A DNA stretch of 64,000 nt from positions 2,720,001 to 2,784,000 of the forward strand of contig OZ244252.1 in assembly GCA_965217185.1 (NCBI GenBank), read 5' to 3'. The notes beneath the pieces were generated by a model that saw only the letters and a list, made by a program, of their open reading frames with translations, ran no database searches and was not told where the DNA came from. Position 1 is the stretch's first letter. Each line of letters opens with the position of its first letter. This DNA comes from an uncultured Candidatus Entotheonella sp. Lineage in GTDB: Bacteria > Tectomicrobia > Entotheonellia > Entotheonellales > Entotheonellaceae. The translations under genes were made by a program, and so were the position numbers. Positions 10,837 through 24,468 of the stretch are shown in pieces.

Positions 10837-11574
10837 ATGGAAAACCAGACCGTGACAGACAACTCGACAGCCGTCCTTGCGTTCGACGCCGTGAGCAAGA
10901 CTTACGCGGCCCCAAGCGGCGAGCCGCGGCACGTTCTGCACGACGTGTCCTTCGAGGCACCGGCGGGCCGCCGCATCGCCATCGTGGGACGCAGCGGCAG
11001 CGGCAAGTCCACCCTGCTGCACCTCGCCGCCGGCATCGACGTGCCCACGCGCGGCGACGTCCGGGTGATGGGCCGCTCTCTGGCCGCGATGTCCGAAACC
11101 GCCCGCACCACCCTGCGGCGCGATCACGTCGGCCTCGTCTTCCAGTTCTTCTACCTCATGCCGCACCTTTCGGTGCACGATAACGTCGCCCTGCCGGCCC
11201 TCATCGCCGGCGACAAGCCACGCCACTTCGAGCCCCGCGTGGCGCAGCTTCTGGACCGCGTTGGTCTGAGTGACCGCTCCCACGACCGGGTACAAAAGCT
11301 CTCCGGCGGCGAGATGCAGCGCGTCGCCATTTGCCGCGCCCTGATGCGCCGACCCCACCTGCTGCTCGCCGACGAACCCACGGGCAACCTCGACGACGAG
11401 AACGGCTGGCGCGTCATGGAATTGATGCTGTCGCTGGTCGCCGAGGAAGGCGGCACCCTCATCTTCGTGACCCACAGCCGCGAGGTGTCCGGCCTGGCGG
11501 ACGAGGTCTGGCGCCTGCACAGCGGCGTCCTGAGCCCATACGCCGAGGCGCCCGCCGCTCCCAATCCGTCATGA
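10837..11574 (+). CDS. ABC transporter ATP-binding protein (LolD/MacB-like)
   Basis: Walker A GRSGSGKS, LSGGEMQRV, ADEPTGNLD. Confidence 0.93.
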   Translation: MENQTVTDNSTAVLAFDAVSKTYAAPSGEPRHVLHDVSFEAPAGRRIAIVGRSGSGKSTLLHLAAGIDVPTRGDVRVMGRSLAAMSETARTTLRRDHVGLVFQFFYLMPHLSVHDNVALPALIAGDKPRHFEPRVAQLLDRVGLSDRSHDRVQKLSGGEMQRVAICRALMRRPHLLLADEPTGNLDDENGWRVMELMLSLVAEEGGTLIFVTHSREVSGLADEVWRLHSGVLSPYAEAPAAPNPS

Positions 11575-14102
11575 TGCGACGCTATTTCACCACTGCCATG
11601 ACGGCCCACCTGCGAGCCGGCGGCAGCCTCTACCTGCTCACCATTCTCGGCGTCGCCCTCGGTGTGGCCGCGGTGCTGTCGATTCAGATCATCAACCGCA
11701 ACGCCATTGCCGCCTTTTCGGGCAGCGTCAAGGCGGTCAGCGGCGAGGCTGATCTCAGCGTGCTCGGCTACACGCCGAGCTTCCCTGAAGACCTCTATCC
11801 GCGCGTCCTGTCAACGCCCGGCGTGCAGGCGGCCTGGCCGTTGTGGCGCGCCGCCGTGGCCTTGTCGGGCCATGATGACGGCGGCATGCTCGACCTCATC
11901 GGCGTCGATTTCTTCACCCCGGTCGACATCCCTTGGCAAGGCGAGCCGGGCGACCCGGCGGTGGCCCTCAGCCAGCCGGGCTGGGTGGCCCTGACGCCGC
12001 TCCTGGCCGAGCAGATGGGCTGGCGCGCCGGCGACGCCTTCATGGTGTCGCGGGGCTCCCGTCTGGTGCGTCTGACGGTCGGCGCGCTGGTCGATTTCCA
12101 CGCCCTCAATCCGCTGGCCAGCCCTAAACTGGCGGTTATGGACATCGCCCAGGCACAAAGCCTGTTCGGCGATGCCGGTGCCATCCATCAGATCGACGTC
12201 AAGCTTGTCGACGGCGCCGACGCCGACGCCATGCGGGCGCGCCTGCAAGAGCACCTCGGCCCGGGCGTGCGGGTGGTGACGCCGGAACAGCGGGAAGCGC
12301 AGGCCAAGGGTTTGCTGTCGGCGTTTCAGCTCAATCTCACCGCGCTCAGCCTCATCAGCCTGTTCGTCGGCGTGTTTCTCGTCTACAGCAGCACCCAGGC
12401 GGCCCTGGTGCGGCGGCGCGTGGAACTCGGCCTGCTGCGCTCGCTGGGCGCCACGCGTCGCCAGGTATTCGCGCTCATCATCACCGAGGTCGGCCTGTTG
12501 GGCGGCCTTGGCGCCGCGCTCGGCCTGCCGCTGGGCTATGGGGTGGCGCAGGCCAACGTGCGCGTCGTCAGCGCCACGCTCAGCAATCTTTATCTGCTGG
12601 AAGAGATCGCCCGTCTGGAGATGACGACGTGGCTGTATGCCCTCGGCATCGTCATTGGCGTCGGCGGCGCCGTGGTCGGGGCGCTGCTGCCCGCCCTCGA
12701 CATGGCGCGCCGCGATACCCGAGCGCTGCTGTCGGCCTTCACGCTGCACGAAACCGTCGGCAGCCTGGCGCCGCGCCTGTTCGCCCTCGGCGTGGCGCTG
12801 CCGCTGACGGCGGCGGCCTGGTATGGCCTGCATGGCCGCCACTGGCAGCACGCCGGCTTCGTGCTCGCCGTGGTGCTGCTGCTCACCCTGCCGCTGCTGA
12901 CCCCACTGCTGGTGCGCGAACTATGCGCCCGCGTTCGAGTGCGGGGCTTCGGGCTTGGTTACAGCCTGAAGGGGCTCGGTGTGCGGTTGCAAACGACCTC
13001 GGTGGCAGTAGCGTCGTTGGCGGTGGCGGTCAGCATGCTGATCGGCATTACCCTGATGATCGGCAGCTTTCGCCAGACCCTCAGCGTGTGGATCGGCACC
13101 TCGATTCAAGCGGACGTGTACATCGCCCCGGCTTCGTGGCGCGGCACCGGCAGCGACGGCGGCCTGGAGCCACACGTCATGGCCACCGTCACGGGGCATC
13201 CGGCGGTGCAGGCCGTCGACCGCCTGCGGCGTTTCCACGGCTACACGGGCGACAGGCGCATTACCATTTCCGGCGTCGAGATGGACTTGAGGCAGGGGCT
13301 CAGCCGCTTTCCCTTTCTGCCCGGTGCACTGCCGAACCCGTACGCGGCGGTGCGCGAGCGCCATGGCCTTTTCATCGGCGAGACCCTGGCTCGGAAAGCG
13401 GGTGTGTGGGTTGGCGATGCCCTGTCCATTCACACGCCAACCGGGGTGCAGAATTTCCCCGTCGTGGCCGTCTACTACGATTACAGTGCCGGTGACGGCG
13501 CCGTGGCCATGGACCTGCGTACCATGGAGCAAGCGTTCGGCCCGGGTCCTGTTAGCAGCACCGCCCTATATCTGCGGCCCGGCGCTGACGCGGCCGCCGT
13601 GGTGGCCGAACTACAGGCTGCACTGCCGGACGCACCGCTGGAGATGCGGAGCAACCGGCGCCTGCGCGACGAGGTGCTTGCCATCTTCGACCAGACGTTC
13701 GCCATCACGCGCCTGCTGCAATTCATGAGCCTGCTCATCGCCGTCTGCGGCATCGCCCTCATGCTGCTGGTGCTGGCGCGCGAGCAGGCCTCGGAGTTGG
13801 CGCTGTGCCGCTCGCTCGGTGCCAGAGGGCGGCAACTCTTCGGCGTCTTCGTGGGTAAGGGCCTCAGCATGGGCGTCATGGGACTGGCGCTGGGCAGCGT
13901 CGGCGGGGTGCTGCTGGCCGGGCTGCTGATCTACGTCATCAACCGCGCGTATTTTGGCTGGACGATCCAACCATACGCGGACTGGGGCCTGATCGCTCAG
14001 CAGGCCGCGACCATCCTCGGCGCCGCCGTGCTGGCGAGCCTGTATCCGGCGTTCCGCGCCCGGCAGACCAGCGCAGCGGCGCTGAGCCGGGACGATTTGT
14101 AG
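11571..14102 (+). CDS. FtsX/MacB-type ABC permease (duplicated domains)
   Basis: ATGA-coupled to the ATPase; two periplasmic-core+FtsX halves, RR.ELGLLRSLG. Confidence 0.9.
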   Translation: MMRRYFTTAMTAHLRAGGSLYLLTILGVALGVAAVLSIQIINRNAIAAFSGSVKAVSGEADLSVLGYTPSFPEDLYPRVLSTPGVQAAWPLWRAAVALSGHDDGGMLDLIGVDFFTPVDIPWQGEPGDPAVALSQPGWVALTPLLAEQMGWRAGDAFMVSRGSRLVRLTVGALVDFHALNPLASPKLAVMDIAQAQSLFGDAGAIHQIDVKLVDGADADAMRARLQEHLGPGVRVVTPEQREAQAKGLLSAFQLNLTALSLISLFVGVFLVYSSTQAALVRRRVELGLLRSLGATRRQVFALIITEVGLLGGLGAALGLPLGYGVAQANVRVVSATLSNLYLLEEIARLEMTTWLYALGIVIGVGGAVVGALLPALDMARRDTRALLSAFTLHETVGSLAPRLFALGVALPLTAAAWYGLHGRHWQHAGFVLAVVLLLTLPLLTPLLVRELCARVRVRGFGLGYSLKGLGVRLQTTSVAVASLAVAVSMLIGITLMIGSFRQTLSVWIGTSIQADVYIAPASWRGTGSDGGLEPHVMATVTGHPAVQAVDRLRRFHGYTGDRRITISGVEMDLRQGLSRFPFLPGALPNPYAAVRERHGLFIGETLARKAGVWVGDALSIHTPTGVQNFPVVAVYYDYSAGDGAVAMDLRTMEQAFGPGPVSSTALYLRPGADAAAVVAELQAALPDAPLEMRSNRRLRDEVLAIFDQTFAITRLLQFMSLLIAVCGIALMLLVLAREQASELALCRSLGARGRQLFGVFVGKGLSMGVMGLALGSVGGVLLAGLLIYVINRAYFGWTIQPYADWGLIAQQAATILGAAVLASLYPAFRARQTSAAALSRDDL

Positions 14103-14110
14103 CTGGAGGA

Positions 14111-15226
14111 TTGACGGTGAAACGGGTACTCATCGCGCTACTGATCCTCGGCGTCTTGAATCCGGCGGCAGCCAACGACTGGAAAACGGCGCAACCAGAT
14201 TATGCCTGGTCGTTCCCGCGCGACCACTGGGCGCACGCGGGTTACAAAACGGAATGGTGGTACTTCACCGGCCACCTGACGTCGGAAGACGGACGCCGCT
14301 TCGGCTACCAGTTCACCTTCTTCCGCGTCGGCGTGCTGCCGACGGCGCCGGACACGAATTCCGCCTGGACGGCCCGCGACCTGATCATGGGCCACGCCGC
14401 GATCAGCGACCTGGGCCGCAACGAGCACCGCTTCAGCGAGGTGATCTACCGCGCCGTCCCACTGCTGGGCGGCTTCGGGGACTGGCCCGAGCCGCTGATC
14501 GCCTGGAGCCGGCCGCCGGCCGGCACGCCCGGCAAATGGCGGCTGTCGTGGAACGGCAGCGGTTTCGATTTCGACATGCGCGACGATGCGCAAGCCATGT
14601 CCTTCTCGCTGTCCACACGGCCCGGCAAGCCGCTCATCTTTCAAGGCCCCAACGGCTATAGCCGCAAAACGCAGTCCGGCACCGGCGCCAGCCTGTACTA
14701 TAGCTTCACCCGGCTGCAAACCAGCGGTCAACTGAGCCTCGACGGCCAGACGTGGCAGGTCACCGGCGAAAGCTGGATGGACAAGGAATTCTTCACCAGC
14801 GTCCTGGCGCCGCACCAGCTCGGCTGGGATTGGTTCAGCCTGCAGCTCGACGACCGCCGCGAGGTCATGCTCTTTCTCCTGCGGCGCGAGGACGGCACCA
14901 CCGACTTCGCCAGCGGCACGGTCGTACACCCGGACGGCAGCACCACCTACCTCGACGGCAGCGCCTTCGCCGTCGCCAGCCAGGCGCATTGGCAAAGCCC
15001 GCACACTGAAGGCATTTACCCGTCGCGCTGGCGACTGTCGATTCCGCAGGAACAGCTTGATCTGGAAGTAATCGTCGAGATGGCCGATCAGGAAAACCGC
15101 AGCCGCCTGATCGGCACGCTGCATTACTGGGAGGGGGCCGTGAGGCTACTGCAGGACGGCCAGCCGGTGGGCAAAGGCTATGTGGAACTCACCGGCTACG
15201 GCACCTCCAGCCGGCCGGCTCTGTAA
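14111..15226 (+). CDS. AttH/CrtC-like lipocalin-domain secreted protein
   Basis: Signal peptide; FPRDH..H, EWWYFTG, YYS..RL, GWDWFSLQL, YWEG, GY.ELTGY; follows ABC pair as in AttEFGH-type modules. Confidence 0.88.
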   Translation: MTVKRVLIALLILGVLNPAAANDWKTAQPDYAWSFPRDHWAHAGYKTEWWYFTGHLTSEDGRRFGYQFTFFRVGVLPTAPDTNSAWTARDLIMGHAAISDLGRNEHRFSEVIYRAVPLLGGFGDWPEPLIAWSRPPAGTPGKWRLSWNGSGFDFDMRDDAQAMSFSLSTRPGKPLIFQGPNGYSRKTQSGTGASLYYSFTRLQTSGQLSLDGQTWQVTGESWMDKEFFTSVLAPHQLGWDWFSLQLDDRREVMLFLLRREDGTTDFASGTVVHPDGSTTYLDGSAFAVASQAHWQSPHTEGIYPSRWRLSIPQEQLDLEVIVEMADQENRSRLIGTLHYWEGAVRLLQDGQPVGKGYVELTGYGTSSRPAL

Positions 15227-15279
15227 GGATGCCGGCGCTTGACCAGATGCCCCACAGATTCAACATCTGGAGGAAATCA

Positions 15280-16842
15280 ATGATAAATTCGTTTCGTAGA
15301 TGTTGGACCTGGCTTGGGGAAAAAACGAACTTCAACTCTGTGATGGCCCTTGCGACAGTAGCCCTCGCGCTTATAGCTTTAGCAACTCTATTCATAAGCC
15401 TAATTCCGCCGAGCGACAAGGTTTCCCTTTCGTTAGAAGAATTCCAGGTCGCATTGGAAAGGCGAGGGCGAGAGGTGGAGGAACGGCTTGTCCGGGTACA
15501 TGACAACGAGCGTACCCGGCTGCAGAACGAGTTGATAGAGGTCAAGCGACAACTTTCCAATATCGACGCGGCATACGCCAATGCGTTGACGAAAATCCGT
15601 GAACTAGAATCGGCGGTCGCCCGTCTCGGTGACGGCGTCGGCCACTACCGGCTTGCAGAGATTCGCGCGGCAATAGAGGCTTTCGATTTCTCGAAGGCCG
15701 ACACTCTGCTGGCAGAGGTCGAAGACAGTGCTGAGGTAGCTGTCGGGCGAGCCGCTGAAGCAGCTTTCCAGCGAGGAGAAATCGCTGTCCTCCGAATCAG
15801 ATGGGACAAAGCCGCCACGCACTTTGACAAGGCAGCTCGACTTTCGCCGACCTATGACTATCTCAATCAAGCTGGACAGTTCGCAATGCGTGCGGCACGG
15901 TATGGAACGGCGCGCGGTCATTTCGCAAGATTGTTGGAACTCTCCCGTCACGAGCATGGGGAAAGGTCTCCCGAAACCGCCGCAGTGCTCAGCAATCTCG
16001 CTGGTCTCCTTCAAGCGACCGGGCAGTATAAGGAGGCGGAACCGCTATTTCGGCAGGCGGTGGAGGTTATTCGAGAGACACTTGGCGAGAAGGATCCAAA
16101 TTACGCCACGGTGCTCAACAACTTCGCCCTTCTTCTTCATGACACCGGGCAGTATGAGGAGGCGGAACCGCTGTTCCGACAGGCACTATAAATCGGCCAG
16201 AAGACCCTCGGGGAAGAGCATCCTTACTATGCTGCCAGACTCAACAACCTTGCCAACCTCCTTCGTGCTACCGAACGATATGACGAGGCGGAACCGCTGT
16301 ATCGGAAGGCGCTGGAACTCGCCCGAAAGAACCTTGGCGACGAACATCCTGAGTATGCCACCGGACTCAACAATCTCGCCGGTCTCCTACAAGCTACCGG
16401 GAATTATGAAGAGGCGGAACGACTGTATCGGCAAGCGTTGAAGATCAGCCGAGAGACCCTGGGAGAGAAGCACCCGGAGTACGCCTCCAGACTCAACAAC
16501 CTCGCTGCTCTCTCTTATAGAACCGGCCGGTATGATGAGGCAGAACTGCTGTATCGGCAGGTTCAGAAGATCATCGAAGAAACCCTCGGACCGAACCATC
16601 CCTACTACCTCACAACGCTCAATAACCTCGCCAAACTCTTTAATGCTACCAGACGATATGACGAGGCCAAAGCAACTTTCCGGCAAGCACTAGAGATTGC
16701 CCGATCGGTAATGGGGGATTCCCATCTGAACACGATGCGATTAGCAGGAAGCTATATGCGGCTTCTAAATGAGCAGTTTCCCGACGACCCGGCGCTGGAC
16801 GAGTTGGAAGTCGTGTTTGGCGAGAATGTTGGTCGTAACTGA
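15280..16842 (+). pseudogene. Membrane-anchored coiled-coil + 42-aa TPR repeat protein interrupted by one in-frame TAA (16189-16191)
   Basis: ORFs 15229-16191 and 16438-16842 share a frame; LNNLA.L....G.Y.EAE.LYR.AL repeats continue through the stop. Confidence 0.85.
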
Positions 16843-16871
16843 CTTGGTGCAACGGGAATTAGGAGCTACAG

Positions 16872-17474
16872 ATGAACTTCCTCGCCCATTGCCTGCTGGC
16901 CTGGCCCGGCCAGGGTTGGACCGCTGGTGGGGTGCTCGGTGATTTTGTGAAGGGGCGGGTACCCGAATCGTTACCGGCGGAACTGCGCGCCGGTATCCGC
17001 CTGCACCGGCGCCTTGATGCATTTTGCAATCATCTTGTCGACATGAAGCCCAGCGTCGCGCGGTTCGGCGCCGAATTGCGACGGGCCGCGCCGGTGCTGC
17101 TCGACATCGTGGCGGATCACTGTCTGGCGCTGACGTGGCCGCGCTACGCTGACGTCCCGATCGCCGATTTTACCGCCGAGGTCTACGCCGCCTTGCGCCG
17201 CTTCGACGCCTACGTGCCCGACGGAGGCAGGCCGTTCATCGAGCGCATGATCGACACCGACCTGCTAGCGCGATATGCCGAGCCGACCGTGCGCGACCGT
17301 GCCCTGCAGTACATCCTGAGCCGCTTGCGGATCACCCATCTCAGCCCCAAGCTCGCTTCGCTCCTCGACGCCCAACTCCCCGCCTTTGTCGAGGACTTTC
17401 ATGGGTACTTTCCGAAGTTGCAAGCCTTCGCCGCGGCCGAGCGACAACGCTGCCTCGACGGCGGTAGTACGTAG
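16872..17474 (+). CDS. acpH: ACP phosphodiesterase (AcpH/DUF479)
   Basis: MNFLAH, LGDFVKG, GIRLHR..D, D...DH.LA. Confidence 0.88.
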   Translation: MNFLAHCLLAWPGQGWTAGGVLGDFVKGRVPESLPAELRAGIRLHRRLDAFCNHLVDMKPSVARFGAELRRAAPVLLDIVADHCLALTWPRYADVPIADFTAEVYAALRRFDAYVPDGGRPFIERMIDTDLLARYAEPTVRDRALQYILSRLRITHLSPKLASLLDAQLPAFVEDFHGYFPKLQAFAAAERQRCLDGGST

Positions 17475-17582
17475 GGCAACCCTATCTTTGACACCGAGAT
17501 TGGGGATGTCCGACGCAGGCAGTTCGCAGCAGCGATGAGCAGGCTTGCCGCTGCCTTTATCGCGTTCCAGACACAGCGGCAA

Positions 17583-17915
17583 TCACTTGGAGAAAAAAAG
17601 CACCTTAATCGCGGCCCCGAGAACGGCAAGCGCGATGGGGGTATACATGATGACCAGCATCGTACGCAGGTCATCGAATCGCTTCTCCAGGCTGTCAAAG
17701 CGCTGATTCACACTCCGGTTCATGTCATCGAAGCGCTGGTTCACACTCCGGTTCATGTCATCGAAGCGCTGGTTGACGTGCGCGAAGCCTTCCTCCATGC
17801 GCTTTTCAAGGCTATAAAACCGCTCGTCGGTACGCTCTATCACGTGGTCAAAACGTTCATCTACACGCTTGGCGTACTCGTCGAAATGCGCTTTGTTGAC
17901 AGATTCTTCGGCCAC
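17583..17915 (-). CDS. Small coiled-coil protein with 11-aa tandem repeats and C-terminal TM helix (DUF1640/CCDC90-like)
   Basis: RFD-rich repeats; hydrophobic C-terminus; GGAG RBS before GTG. Confidence 0.7.
   Translation of the reverse strand: MAEESVNKAHFDEYAKRVDERFDHVIERTDERFYSLEKRMEEGFAHVNQRFDDMNRSVNQRFDDMNRSVNQRFDSLEKRFDDLRTMLVIMYTPIALAVLGAAIKVLFFSK
17698..17777. repeat. 33-bp coding tandem repeat (about 2.4 units)
   Basis: AAGCGCTGGTTCACACTCCGGTTCATGTCATCG units at 17698, 17731, partial at 17764; encodes VNQRFDDMNRS. Confidence 0.9.
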
Positions 17916-17966
17916 GTCACTTCTCCTTCACGACCGCCCCCGGATGCTCAAACCCCTTAGCGTTGC

Positions 17967-17997
17967 TGTCGGATTACGCTGCGCTAATCCGACCTAC
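17967..17997 (-). repeat. GTAG-type REP palindrome, copy 2
   Basis: TGTCGGATTACGCTGCGCTAATCCGACCTAC, just downstream of the sulfurtransferase stop. Confidence 0.85.
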
Positions 17998-18016
17998 AGT
18001 TGGATACGGGAAAGCT

Positions 18017-18868
18017 CTAATCCAGCACCAGCGGCGTGTCGTCGCGGTTGGCCCACTCGTTCATCGAGCCGTCGTAGTTGCGGACCTGTGGGTAGCCGAG
18101 AAGCCTCAACACAAACATTCCGTGCGCCGCACGGATGCCACCTTGTCAATACGTAATGATCCTCTTGTCCGGCGTCACGCCGCGCTCCGCCAGGATGGCC
18201 CGCATCTTGTCGGTGGGCAGGAAGCTGCGGGCGCGGTCGGTGTCCATCAGGTCCGTCCACTCCAGGTGAACGGCGCCGGGGATGTGCCCGGACCGGCTAT
18301 TGCCGCGGTCGTTGCTGCCGTCCCATTCTGCCGGCGAGCGCACGTCCAGGAAGATGGTGTCCGGGTCGCCAACCGCGGCCAGCCCGTCCTCAAGGGTGCA
18401 GACCCAATCCGGCTGGCGTTGCGGTGCCCACTTGGTGTCTCGGGCCGATGGGGGATCGATCGACAGCGGCCGCCCTTCGTCGAACCACTTGCGCCAGCCG
18501 CCGTTCAGCACCTTGACGTTGGTGTGGCCGTAAAGACCCAGTACCCACCAGAAGCGCGCGGCGTACAGGCTAGCCGACTGGTCGTAGGTGACAACGGTGG
18601 TGTTCTCGTCGATGCCCATGCGCATCATCAGATCGGTGAACGGCTCTTGCGGCATGACCAGCGGGTGCGCCTTGGGCGCCCGCTCGTAGCCGGATTCCTT
18701 GACGTAATGATGCGGGGCCATGATGGCGGCGGCGTTGCGGATATGGCCGCGGCGGTATTCCATGAACTGGTCGCAATCCACGACGCGTACGTTGGGGTCG
18801 TCCAGATGGTCCCCCAGCCACTCCGTGTCGCAAAGAAGCTCGGGGTGGGCGTAGCCTTCTGCGGTCAT
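18017..18868 (-). CDS. Two-domain rhodanese/sulfurtransferase, predicted selenoprotein (UGA at 18148-18146)
   Basis: GHI..A, AARFWW, LNGG, DVRS..E, GHIPGA; reading through UGA gives [12 protein letters not shown]...[15 protein letters not shown], the complete active-site loop and C-terminal signature; TAG at 18019-18017. Confidence 0.9.
18116..18137 (-). promoter_or_regulatory. Putative bacterial SECIS of the sulfurtransferase
   Basis: mRNA CA-UCCGUGC-GGC-GCACGGA-AUG; 7-bp stem, G-starting loop 17 nt after the UGA. Confidence 0.7.
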
Positions 18869-18956
18869 CTTCTTACCTCCAGAGTGAGTGTTTGTTTCAA
18901 TCCGCTCCCCCAACGATGAAGGGGGAGACTCCTGGTTGCCAGCCCCGCGCCTCGGA

Positions 18957-22556
<3,600 letters not shown>

Positions 22557-22646
22557 GCGGTAGGGTTCTCCGTTCGGAGCGTGTGAGGGAGGCCAAAACG
22601 AGGGGTGCCAGTATAAGCGCCTCGGGTTATCAGGTCCAGACGGGCG

Positions 22647-23804
22647 TCACGCTGAGTTTCCAAACCGCTCCGGCCGAAACGGCGCTAGCACCTCCACCCT
22701 CGCCCCATGCGCGATTTCAATCGCCGCGAAGGCGCCGATCAACGGCGTCAGCGTCACTCCGCTGTGGGTCGTGGCAACGTACACGTTGGCCACCTCCGGC
22801 GCGAATCCGACGATGGACCTGCCGTCCTGCGGAATCGGCCGCCGGCCGCGCCGAACCTCAGCGATCTTGATGTCGCGCAGCATCGGCATGACGGCCCTCG
22901 CGTCGGCGGCAATCTGCGCCGCCTCCGCGTCCGTGGCACCGCGGTCGCCCTCCTGGGTGTTGTCCGGCGCGCCGCTTTGTATCATGACTGCCCCGTCGGG
23001 CAACTGGCGCACGTTGATTAGGGGCTGCCGTTCACGCGGCGAGTGCAGCAAAGCGATATTCTTGAACAGCGGCGGCAGCGGTTGCGTCAGCAGTGTGGCC
23101 CCGAACGTGTGGTAGTGCGGCACCTGTATGCCGGCCATTTCCGCCAGCGCCGGCATGTCGGCCCCACCGACCAGCACGACAGCATCGCAGGGCACCACGT
23201 CGTCGCCGATCCGCACCGCTTCGGCCCACGCCACGCCCGCGCGGCTGCGGTCGATTTCGACACCCGTTATCGCCGACCCAGTGCGTAACACCGCGCCCCG
23301 TTCACGCGCCGTTGCAAGGCACGCTTCCACCACCGCGGCGGTATCGACGTGCCCGTCGCTGTATGTGTACGAGGCAGCGGTAAACGCATCGAATTGCAAA
23401 TCCGGCTCCAACTGCCGCACTTCGTCGGCGTTCAGGATGCGCGTCGGATAGCCCCACGCTTGCAGCGCTTCTGCCTGTGCGGTCAACGCCGCAGCGCCGG
23501 CATCAGTCGCCGCCCAGCGCAATTCGCCGCCCCAGGTGACGTCGATCCCCAAACGGCGCGCGAAACCGGCCCACATGTCGATCGACCGGCGGTTGAGATC
23601 GTGGTACGAAAACGGCGTCTTGCCGTAGGCATTCAGCCACGCGAACGCCACCCGCGTCGCCCCCTCGCCCGGCTGGCCGGCATCGACAATCGTCACCCGT
23701 GCGCCATGCAAGGTGAGGTGATAAGCGATCGAGGCGCCCAGAATTCCCGCTCCAACAACGACGACATGCAACTTACGGCCCCCTTTCCCGGTGTTTTGGC
23801 TCAC
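22647..23804 (-). CDS. FAD-dependent oxidoreductase (DAO/glycine oxidase family)
   Basis: VVGAGILG, G.RP.PQDG..IVG, HSGVTL.P; GTG start inferred. Confidence 0.85.
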   Translation of the reverse strand: MSQNTGKGGRKLHVVVVGAGILGASIAYHLTLHGARVTIVDAGQPGEGATRVAFAWLNAYGKTPFSYHDLNRRSIDMWAGFARRLGIDVTWGGELRWAATDAGAAALTAQAEALQAWGYPTRILNADEVRQLEPDLQFDAFTAASYTYSDGHVDTAAVVEACLATARERGAVLRTGSAITGVEIDRSRAGVAWAEAVRIGDDVVPCDAVVLVGGADMPALAEMAGIQVPHYHTFGATLLTQPLPPLFKNIALLHSPRERQPLINVRQLPDGAVMIQSGAPDNTQEGDRGATDAEAAQIAADARAVMPMLRDIKIAEVRRGRRPIPQDGRSIVGFAPEVANVYVATTHSGVTLTPLIGAFAAIEIAHGARVEVLAPFRPERFGNSA

Positions 23805-23987
23805 GTCTGACCTGTCCCCTCCGTGCTGTCCCACGGACTGAATGTCGCCGCATGCTACGTTTGTCCCGCGAGCCGGTCAACCAGCCCCGGCGCGCTTGAA
23901 ATGGCCTTCTGATGTGCCTATGCTGTGGCCTCATCCGGCGGCGCTGTGCTGCCGTCATCCATCCGACGTGAAAGGGAGAAAAGGGTC

Positions 23988-24419
23988 ATGAGCGAAGAGA
24001 ACCAGCCGCGTCAACTGGCCGACTGGATGGTCGAGCACATGGAGGCGTATCTCGCCACCAACGGCGAGGACGGACACGTGTGGCGGGGCGTGCCGACGCT
24101 GCTGCTGACCACCACCGGGCGTCGCTCCGACAGGTCGCTGATGCTGCCCCTCATCTACGGCACCCACGGCGATCATTATGTGGTGGTGGCCTCGAAGGGC
24201 GGGAACCCGCAGCATCCCGGCTGGTACGTCAACCTCGTCGCGGAACCCACCGTGCAGGTGCAGGTGGGCGCCGAGCGCTTCACGGCCCGCGCCCGAACCG
24301 CTTCAGGTGACGAGCGCGCCGCCTTGTGGGATCGTATGGCCGAAATCTGGCCGCCTTACAATGAGTATCAGACCAAGACCGAACGGGAGATTCCGGTCGT
24401 CGTGCTGGAGCGAGTTTGA
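23988..24419 (+). CDS. Deazaflavin (F420)-dependent nitroreductase, Ddn family
   Basis: LLLTTTGRRS, VASKGG...HP.WY.NL.A.P, YQ.KT.REIPVV.L. Confidence 0.92.
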   Translation: MSEENQPRQLADWMVEHMEAYLATNGEDGHVWRGVPTLLLTTTGRRSDRSLMLPLIYGTHGDHYVVVASKGGNPQHPGWYVNLVAEPTVQVQVGAERFTARARTASGDERAALWDRMAEIWPPYNEYQTKTEREIPVVVLERV

Positions 24420-24432
24420 CAGAAAGCGGACA

Positions 24433-24463
24433 TGTCGGATTACGCTGCGCTAATCCGGCCTAC
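24433..24463 (-). repeat. GTAG-type REP palindrome, copy 3
   Basis: TGTCGGATTACGCTGCGCTAATCCGGCCTAC. Confidence 0.85.
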
Positions 24464-24468
24464 ATTAC

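Noticed and set aside
16189..16191. Programmed readthrough of the TPR stop
   Set aside because: TAA at a non-catalytic position with no supporting signal
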